64,000 nt of DNA from a bacterium. GTDB taxonomy: Bacteria > Myxococcota_A > UBA9160 > UBA4427. Each line of letters starts with the position of its first letter. The first letter of the stretch is position 1. The translations under genes were made by a program, and so were the position numbers. Below the pieces are notes generated by a model. The model worked only from the letters and a program-made list of their open reading frames with translations, was not told the DNA's origin and searched no databases. Location of the stretch: contig JANOFF010000143.1 of NCBI GenBank assembly GCA_031413515.1, positions 10,539 to 74,538 of the forward strand. Reading direction: 5' to 3'. Positions 37,769 to 44,113 of this stretch are shown one piece after another.

Positions 37769-40320
37769 GGGGTGGCCTCGGGCTGCGAGTCGAGGTCGCC
37801 GTCGAGGTCGATGACGGTGATCGATGGGTCGTAGTCGTAGACTTCGGCGAGGGCCTTGGATGCATTCGACGCATCGACGAGGTCGGTGTACGGGCCGATG
37901 ATCAGCTCGTAGACGATCCCGCCGTCACTGGCGCCCGACACCAGGCTGCCGTCATAGCCTGCGTCGATCAGCCGTGTCAGGGCTTCTGCCGCCTCGGTGT
38001 CCGTCCGATACACGGCGACCCGCAGCGCGTAGGCGGTGGTCGTTCCATCACCCTTGCCGAGCCGCTCCGATACCCGCTCTTCCTCGCGGTCGCGCAAGAC
38101 ATCCTCGAGTTCCTTTTCGCGATCGACCGTGTATTCGCTCGCGTGCGTGCGCAGGCGACCGAGCACGGGGCTCTTGCCCTTCGACCACTTGCCGTCGTCG
38201 GCATCGAGTTCGGCGAGGTTCTCGTCCGTCGTTTCGTATTCCTCTCCGGAACGGTCCCCGAACTCGGATCGCCGACGGATGGACTCCAGCTCCATTTCCT
38301 CGGTGTTTCGAACGATGTGCGGTGTGATGAAGACGATCAGGTTGATCTTCCGGAGCGACTTGGTGGTGCTTTTGAAAGCCCAGCCCAGGCCGGGAATGTC
38401 GCCGAAAAACGGCACCTTCTTCTCGGAATCGTTCCACACGTCGCTGATCAATCCACCGACCACGATCGTTTCGCCGTCCTGTACCACCACGCTGTTCTCG
38501 ACCTTGCGACTGGAGAGCGCGGGGCCGACGTCGTCGACGTTGCCGACTCCGACCTGCAGGTTCTCATTGATCTCCGTCAACTCCTGGAAGATCTTCATGC
38601 GGAGACTGTCGCCTTCGCTGATCTGGGGTGTCACGCGAAGAGTCACGCCGATGTCCTGGCGTTCGACGTTCACGGCACTCGCCAGGCCCGCGACGCTGCC
38701 GGTCGGTTGATCCGTCCGGCTGGTGATGATCGGGATGTTGTTGCCGACCCGGATCTCGGCTTCCTCGTTGTCCGAGGTGAGAACGTGGGGCGCGGAGACG
38801 AGGTTCAGATTCGAGTCCTGGGCGGCGGCTTTCAGGACCGCCTGGAAGTTCGTGCCGCTCGCGGTGCTCGGATCCGTTGGTGTGATGCCGTCATCTCCGG
38901 TCGCGAAGGCCTGCTGGACGACTCCGGCGATCTGGGGGGCCCCGGATGCGCCTGCCGCCGCCGCCGCCGTGGTGAAGTAGAACTGTTGGTCTCCGTTGAT
39001 CGCATTGATCGTCCACTCGACGCCCAGACTGAGCTCGTCGGTGACGTCCACTTCGAGAATCATCGCCTCGACCAGCACCTGCGGTCGCGGGATGTCGAGC
39101 TTCTCGATCACCTGCCTGAGCGCCTCGTAGGATTCCTTGCTCGCCTGGATGACCAGTGAGTTGGTGGCGGCATCGGCATTGATGGTGATCCCCTCGGCGA
39201 GCTCGGTCACTGCGGCACGGCGATTTTCCTGGTTGTTGGTGGTGGCCCCCAACCCCCCGCTCCGGCCGGGCCCTCCCGACGATGAGCCCGTCTGCTGACC
39301 CGAGAGCATTCCATTCAGTGTGGTGGCCAACTCCTCGGCATCGGCGTGGTTCAGGTAATAGACGTGGATGCGACCGGTTCCGATCAGGGGAACGTCGAGC
39401 TGACGCACGAGGGCGCGGATGTCCTGGAGCGCGACGCGCGACGCCAGCACGAGCAGCGAGTTGGTCCGCTCGTCCGGAATGATGCGAACACCCGCTGTCG
39501 AGGGAGATGCATTGGGCACCGAGGGATTGTTGACCGCTCGACGGCTTCGACTCGCTCGACCCCCGAGCATCCCGGCCTGTGGGTTCGCGCCGACGGTCGT
39601 GACCTCGCCGCCGTAGATCTCCGAGATCTGCTGGCCGAGCGTGGTTGCGTCTGCGTGTCTGACCTTGATGACGGCGAGCTCTTCCTTGTACGTCTCGATG
39701 TCGATCGCGTCGAGGATCGACATCAATCGCCCGATGTTGGCTTCGGTGTCGGTGATGATGATCGTGTTGGTCGGCACATAGGCGACCATCGATGCATCCT
39801 TCGACACGAGCGGCTTGATGGTGTTGGTGATCGCCTCGGCGTCGATGTTCACGAGCGGAACGAGGCGCGTGACGAAGTTGTCGCGGTTGGCGCTCCGGCT
39901 GTCGTCCTTGATGGTGTCGATGCTGGATTCCTTGGCGTCCCGGATCGGAACGATCTTGAGTACGCCGCCCGGGCCGGGAACCGCCGTGAATCCCTTGATC
40001 TTCAGAACCGACTCGAACACCGCATACGCCTGATCGACGCTCACTTCGGAGGGCGAGACGATCGTCACCCGACCCCGCACACGATCGTCGTAGATGAAGT
40101 TCCGGCCGGTGATGCGAGCGATCGTTTCGATCACGACCGTCAGTTCGACGTCCTTGAAATCCAACTGGACGAGTTCGTCGCCACGGCTGAATCGGGGATC
40201 GTCGGTGCGAGCTTCCGTGCGACCCTGGCCGAGCGCCGGGCCCGCCATGGCCACGACGAGGATCAGGGCGATCCAGAGGATGCGTGTCGGGTCGCGGGGG
40301 AGTGCCAGAGCGTCGATCAC
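37765..40320 (-). CDS. gspD: Type II secretion secretin D with C-terminal SPOR-like domain
   Basis: 851 aa with a GTG start and a signal peptide (..AMAGPALGQG). N0-N3 repeats and a secretin core are present (…VVVQDGETIVVGGLI…VPFFGDIPGLGWAFK…LIVFITPHIV). An acidic linker leads to a terminal block of about 75 aa that resembles SPOR. Confidence 0.9.
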   Translation of the reverse strand: MIDALALPRDPTRILWIALILVVAMAGPALGQGRTEARTDDPRFSRGDELVQLDFKDVELTVVIETIARITGRNFIYDDRVRGRVTIVSPSEVSVDQAYAVFESVLKIKGFTAVPGPGGVLKIVPIRDAKESSIDTIKDDSRSANRDNFVTRLVPLVNIDAEAITNTIKPLVSKDASMVAYVPTNTIIITDTEANIGRLMSILDAIDIETYKEELAVIKVRHADATTLGQQISEIYGGEVTTVGANPQAGMLGGRASRSRRAVNNPSVPNASPSTAGVRIIPDERTNSLLVLASRVALQDIRALVRQLDVPLIGTGRIHVYYLNHADAEELATTLNGMLSGQQTGSSSGGPGRSGGLGATTNNQENRRAAVTELAEGITINADAATNSLVIQASKESYEALRQVIEKLDIPRPQVLVEAMILEVDVTDELSLGVEWTINAINGDQQFYFTTAAAAAGASGAPQIAGVVQQAFATGDDGITPTDPSTASGTNFQAVLKAAAQDSNLNLVSAPHVLTSDNEEAEIRVGNNIPIITSRTDQPTGSVAGLASAVNVERQDIGVTLRVTPQISEGDSLRMKIFQELTEINENLQVGVGNVDDVGPALSSRKVENSVVVQDGETIVVGGLISDVWNDSEKKVPFFGDIPGLGWAFKSTTKSLRKINLIVFITPHIVRNTEEMELESIRRRSEFGDRSGEEYETTDENLAELDADDGKWSKGKSPVLGRLRTHASEYTVDREKELEDVLRDREEERVSERLGKGDGTTTAYALRVAVYRTDTEAAEALTRLIDAGYDGSLVSGASDGGIVYELIIGPYTDLVDASNASKALAEVYDYDPSITVIDLDGDLDSQPEATP

Positions 40321-40326
40321 GAAGCG

Positions 40327-41244
40327 CTACTCCAATCCCTGGAGGTTGATGGTGGACGGGTCGACGTTGATGGTTCTCGTCTGACCGGATGAATCCATGA
40401 TGTCGGCGACGAGATTCTCCGATGACGTGAACGCCTGGAGGAGCTGTGCGCTCGCCGAGGGGCTGTCGATCGGAATTCCGTTCAGGGAGGTCACGATGTC
40501 GCCCTCTTGCAATCCCACCTTCTGGAAGAAGCTGTCCGCCTTGATCTGGCTGAGCTCGATACCGACCATCGCACCGTTCTCATATTTGGGCAGGATGCGC
40601 GCCTGTGAGAAGATCGCCGCCGGACTGAGCGCCCCCCCCCCGCCAGCCAGATCTTGTAGCGGTTCGCGAACGTTGGATCGGGCTTGACGGTTTCGCCGCG
40701 GCTCACGTCGGCTCGCTCGCCGATCGGCTCGAGGCGCCGCGGTTGCTCCGACGATGGCAGCCACAGTCTCGTCGAGAACGAGTTCCTCGCGCCGGGTTCC
40801 GTTCAGCAGCACGACCCGGCCGCGTTCGATCCGCTCGACCGTGACATCGGTGTGACTGGTGAGCGCGTCTCCGACCTTCACGACTTCATGTTGGCGGGTT
40901 TCGCTGCTCTCGATCGCTGCACTAGCCACCCGCTGATCCTCGGAGGCGATCGTCCCCAGCAGTTTCAGGGGCAGCTTCGTCTCTTCGAGTTCCACATCGT
41001 CGGGTGGTGCTTCGGCGGCAATTCCTTCCCCCGTGACCTGAGCATCGAAGAGGTTGCGATCGAGAATCACTTGTCTGTCCTGCCACCGGGTCGCCGGCTG
41101 TACATCCACGACGACCGCAGCTGGGTTCGCGATCGGACTCGGAATCAGCACCGAAGCCGCGACATCCGTGATCACTCCCGCGGCGACCGAACAGCTGAGT
41201 ATGAACAGCACGACGTTGGCGAGTCGGATGCCGATGATGGCCAT
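40327..41244 (-). CDS. gspC: Type II secretion system protein C (PDZ-containing)
   Basis: The ATG at 41244 gives MAIIGIRLANVVLFILSCSVAAGVI (TM helix). An HR-like domain and a C-terminal PDZ follow (GIELSQIKADSFFQKVGLQEGDIVTSLNGIPI). The ORF extends to 41436, but that extension is unconvincing. Confidence 0.8.
   Translation of the reverse strand: MAIIGIRLANVVLFILSCSVAAGVITDVAASVLIPSPIANPAAVVVDVQPATRWQDRQVILDRNLFDAQVTGEGIAAEAPPDDVELEETKLPLKLLGTIASEDQRVASAAIESSETRQHEVVKVGDALTSHTDVTVERIERGRVVLLNGTRREELVLDETVAAIVGATAAPRADRRASRREPRRNRQARSNVREPLQDLAGGGGALSPAAIFSQARILPKYENGAMVGIELSQIKADSFFQKVGLQEGDIVTSLNGIPIDSPSASAQLLQAFTSSENLVADIMDSSGQTRTINVDPSTINLQGLE
40632..40641. repeat. Homopolymeric C10 (G10 on the coding strand) inside gspC
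   Basis: Direct count of gCCCCCCCCCCg. It encodes part of the LAGGGGAL linker between the HR and PDZ regions and is the longest mononucleotide run I saw in the window. Confidence 0.9.
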
Positions 41245-41463
41245 TAGAGATCTGTCCCCCGAGATGCCAGATTCCCGACCCTGGGCGAGCCCCAGGTGAG
41301 ACGATGCGATCCGCATCACCCCCCATGCGATGAACGGGGCGATTCCGTGCGCGCACTCGCCGAACCGACCTGCCGACCAAACGGCACCCCTCAGGACCGG
41401 TTGGCCAACGAGCGCACAGCGACCAGGCTGTGTCACCTCGTCTTCCCCTACACCCGGCGGGGC

Positions 41464-41492
41464 AATATAGCCCCCAGGCTCATCCAGTCCAA
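41464..41492 (-). promoter_or_regulatory. Sigma70-like promoter candidate for the gsp operon
   Basis: On the minus strand TTGGAC, a 17-nt spacer and TATATT (5/6 and 5/6 matches to consensus). It lies about 215 nt upstream of the gspC ATG. Confidence 0.4.
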
Positions 41493-41560
41493 AAACGCAT
41501 CGCGATTACAGCAGGTTACTGCGGCGCCTACTCACTGGCGTGCCCTCTCTCTATCGCCAT

Positions 41561-41577
41561 CCGGAAAGGATTTCCGG
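41561..41577. promoter_or_regulatory. Perfect 7-bp inverted repeat CCGGAAA-gga-TTTCCGG in the gspC/dnaK divergent intergenic region
   Basis: Read directly from the sequence. It lies between the candidate gsp promoter (41464-41492) and the candidate dnaK promoter (41696-41722). Confidence 0.3.
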
Positions 41578-41695
41578 AGTGGAAACCGTTCGGCGTGATG
41601 ACGTTCAGTTCTCGTCGATCGCGTCGCCCCGTGGGGCATGCCGGGATCTTGATCGACAGGCCGTCGGGTCGCCCGACCGATTCTCCCGGTTCGCG

Positions 41696-41722
41696 TTGAC
41701 ACGGTGCGCGTCGGCCCCAGGT
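41696..41722 (+). promoter_or_regulatory. Sigma32-like heat-shock promoter candidate upstream of dnaK
   Basis: gTTGACA, a 13-nt spacer and CCCCAGGT, compared with the consensus CTTGAAA-N13-14-CCCCATnT. It is about 90 nt upstream of the dnaK ATG. Confidence 0.35.
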
Positions 41723-41814
41723 TTGCGCCCGTTTTCCGGTCGGGACTTCCGGTCCCAGGTCGTACTCGTCACCCCACTTCTGCTCAGCTGCGGGCTGTCA
41801 ATCGAAGGAGCGTC

Positions 41815-43722
41815 ATGGCGCAATCAGGCAAAGTCATCGGTATCGATCTCGGGACCACCAACTCGGTAGTGGCCGTGATGGAGGGAGGACAGCCCACGGT
41901 CATCGCGAACGAGGAGGGCGGCCGGACGACGCCGTCGGTGGTCGCATTCACCGACGAGGGGGAGCGACTGGTCGGGGCGATCGCCAAGCGACAGGCCGTC
42001 ACCAATCCGACGGCCACGATCTACTCCATCAAGCGATTCATGGGGCGGCGGATCGAAGAGATCCCCGAAGAAATCAAGCTGGTGCCCTACAAGATCGTGC
42101 AGGGCAAGGAGGGCAGTGCAGCGGTCCGGATCGGTGACAAGTCGTACTCGCCGCCGGAGATCTCCGCGATGATCCTGGCCAAGCTCAAAGCAGCCGCGGA
42201 AGCTCATCTGGGCGCGGAAGTCACCGGTGCGGTGATCACTGTCCCGGCCTACTTCAACGATGCGCAACGCCAGGCCACGAAGGACGCCGGCAAGATCGCC
42301 GGACTCGACGTGAAGCGCATCATCAACGAGCCCACCGCGGCTGCGCTCGCCTACGGGATGGACAAGAAGGCAGACGAGAAGATCGCCGTGTATGACTTCG
42401 GCGGCGGCACCTTCGACATCTCGATTCTCGAAGTCGGCGAAAACGTGGTCGAGGTCAAGTCGACCAACGGTGACACGCACCTGGGAGGGGACAACCTCGA
42501 TCAGCGCGTGATCGACTACCTGGTGGGTGAATTCAAGAAGGATCAGGGTGTCGACCTCACCAAGGACGCGATGGCTGTTCAGCGGCTCCGCGAGGCGGCG
42601 GAGAAGGCGAAGATGGAGCTGTCGACCGCGCAGTCGACGGACATCAACCTGCCCTACATCACCGCCGACAAGAGCGGCCCGAAACATCTGACGCTGAAGC
42701 TGTCCCGAGCCAAGTTCGAGCAGTTGATCGACGATCTGGTCGAGAGGACTCTCGAGCCGTGTCGCCGGGCGTTGTCGGATGCGGGCCTCAAGCCGTCAGA
42801 GATCGACGAGGTCGTGCTGGTCGGTGGTTCCACGCGAGTTCCGCTCGTGCGGCGCAAGGTTTCGGCCCTGTTCGGCAAAGAGCCGAACCAGACCGTGAAT
42901 CCCGACGAAGTCGTGGCCGTTGGAGCCGCGGTCCAGGGCGGAGTCCTCGCCGGTGACGTCAAGGACGTCCTGCTGCTCGACGTGACGCCTTTGTCCCTCG
43001 GCATCGAGACGCTCGGCGGAGTGAGCACCAAGCTGATCGAACGCAACACGACGATTCCCACCAAGGCCCAGCAGGTGTTCTCGACTGCTTCGGATAGCCA
43101 GCCGCAGGTCGAGATCCGGGTACTGCAGGGGGAACGCGAGATGGCGCTGGACAATCGCGAGATCGGCCGCTTCATCCTCGACGGGATTCCGCCGGCCCCG
43201 CGTGGCGTACCCCAGATCGAGGTGACCTTCGATATCGACGCGAACGGAATCCTCTCGGTCCGGGCTTCCGACAAATCGTCGGGGAAGGATCAGTCGATCC
43301 GGATCGAGGGCGCCGGGGGCCTCGACAAGAATGAGATCGACCGGATGGTGAAGGACGCGGAGTCGCATGCCGGAGAGGACAAGGCGCGACGAGACCGGAT
43401 CGAGAAGCACAACCAGCTCGACAGCATGATCTATCAGGCGGAGAAGATGCTTACCGACAGTGCAGCGACCCTGTCGGAGGGCGACAAGACCGCACTGCGG
43501 TCGGCGATCGACCAGGCGAAGCAGGATCTTGCGAGTGACGATGCCGCCCGACTCGACTCGGCACGGCAGCGTCTCGAAGCCGAGCTCCATAAAGTCGCGG
43601 AGTCACTCTACAAGGCAGGATCGGCTTCGGCTGGAGACGCGGCCGAGGGAGCAGCTGCCAAGGCGAAGTCGGACGACAACGTGATCGACGCCGAGTACAC
43701 GGAGGAGAAGGGCGATTCCTGA
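41815..43722 (+). CDS. dnaK: Molecular chaperone DnaK (Hsp70)
   Basis: The ATG at 41815 is preceded by [32 protein letters not shown]... 635 aa, unmistakably Hsp70. Confidence 0.97.
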   Translation: MAQSGKVIGIDLGTTNSVVAVMEGGQPTVIANEEGGRTTPSVVAFTDEGERLVGAIAKRQAVTNPTATIYSIKRFMGRRIEEIPEEIKLVPYKIVQGKEGSAAVRIGDKSYSPPEISAMILAKLKAAAEAHLGAEVTGAVITVPAYFNDAQRQATKDAGKIAGLDVKRIINEPTAAALAYGMDKKADEKIAVYDFGGGTFDISILEVGENVVEVKSTNGDTHLGGDNLDQRVIDYLVGEFKKDQGVDLTKDAMAVQRLREAAEKAKMELSTAQSTDINLPYITADKSGPKHLTLKLSRAKFEQLIDDLVERTLEPCRRALSDAGLKPSEIDEVVLVGGSTRVPLVRRKVSALFGKEPNQTVNPDEVVAVGAAVQGGVLAGDVKDVLLLDVTPLSLGIETLGGVSTKLIERNTTIPTKAQQVFSTASDSQPQVEIRVLQGEREMALDNREIGRFILDGIPPAPRGVPQIEVTFDIDANGILSVRASDKSSGKDQSIRIEGAGGLDKNEIDRMVKDAESHAGEDKARRDRIEKHNQLDSMIYQAEKMLTDSAATLSEGDKTALRSAIDQAKQDLASDDAARLDSARQRLEAELHKVAESLYKAGSASAGDAAEGAAAKAKSDDNVIDAEYTEEKGDS

Positions 43723-43801
43723 ACGAGAGCCGCGAAATCCGCTCGCCGAGCTGTTCGGGGATTTCCCCGATCGGCTTCGCGGCAATAGCTGGCGCCCATC
43801 G

Positions 43802-44113
43802 GTGGACGTGTTCGAGACCGACCTGGCGGTGGTCGTGCGGATCGAGATTCCCGGTGTCCGCGGAGAGGATCTGCGCGTCAACGTGGACGGCGCATTCCTC
43901 CGCATCGGAGGCGTGAGGAAGGTGCCCCCTCATCTCGAGGTGCAGCGCCTTCTGCAGATGGAGATTGCGTTCGGTCCCTTCGAACGAGACGTGCGGATCG
44001 GCATTCCGTTCGACCGCGAGCGTGTGAGCGCACGCCTGGAGGACGGGTTCTTGTCCGTGACTCTGCCCAAGGTGAAACCCGTTCGTCGAGAAGTCCCGGT
44101 GCAATCCGAATGA
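43802..44113 (+). CDS. Hsp20/alpha-crystallin small heat-shock protein (start uncertain; conserved N-terminus continues upstream)
   Basis: The alpha-crystallin domain reads SWRPSVDVFETD..VVRIEIPGV..EDLRVNV....LRIGG.R......FERDVRIP..V....V.ARLEDGFLSVTLPK. The coordinates are those of the first canonical start (GTG). The in-frame upstream sequence ERPRNPLAELFGDFPDRLRGNSWRPS has no ATG, GTG or TTG. Confidence 0.75.
   Translation: MDVFETDLAVVVRIEIPGVRGEDLRVNVDGAFLRIGGVRKVPPHLEVQRLLQMEIAFGPFERDVRIGIPFDRERVSARLEDGFLSVTLPKVKPVRREVPVQSE

Noticed and set aside
41245-41460. c-di-GMP (GEMM-I/II) riboswitch in the gspC leader.
   Set aside because: I was prompted by the EAL and PilZ genes in the window, but the conserved GEMM cores (for example ACGCACAGGGCAAAC and GACGCAAAGCC) are not present on either strand.
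41500-41814. CIRCE/HrcA operator or ROSE-type RNA thermometer in front of dnaK.
   Set aside because: No TTAGCACTC-N9-GAGTGCTAA-like inverted repeat is present. The leader has no obvious Shine-Dalgarno-sequestering U-rich hairpin. A sigma32-type promoter fits better.
41296-41869. Small ORFs inside the gspC/dnaK intergenic region (41296-41598+, 41430-41699+, 41540-41869+, 41605-41823-) and the N-terminal extension of gspC to 41436.
   Set aside because: They have no Shine-Dalgarno, their composition is Arg/Pro/Ser-rich, they overlap one another, and they show no recognisable motif. The gspC TM helix begins right after the ATG at 41244.
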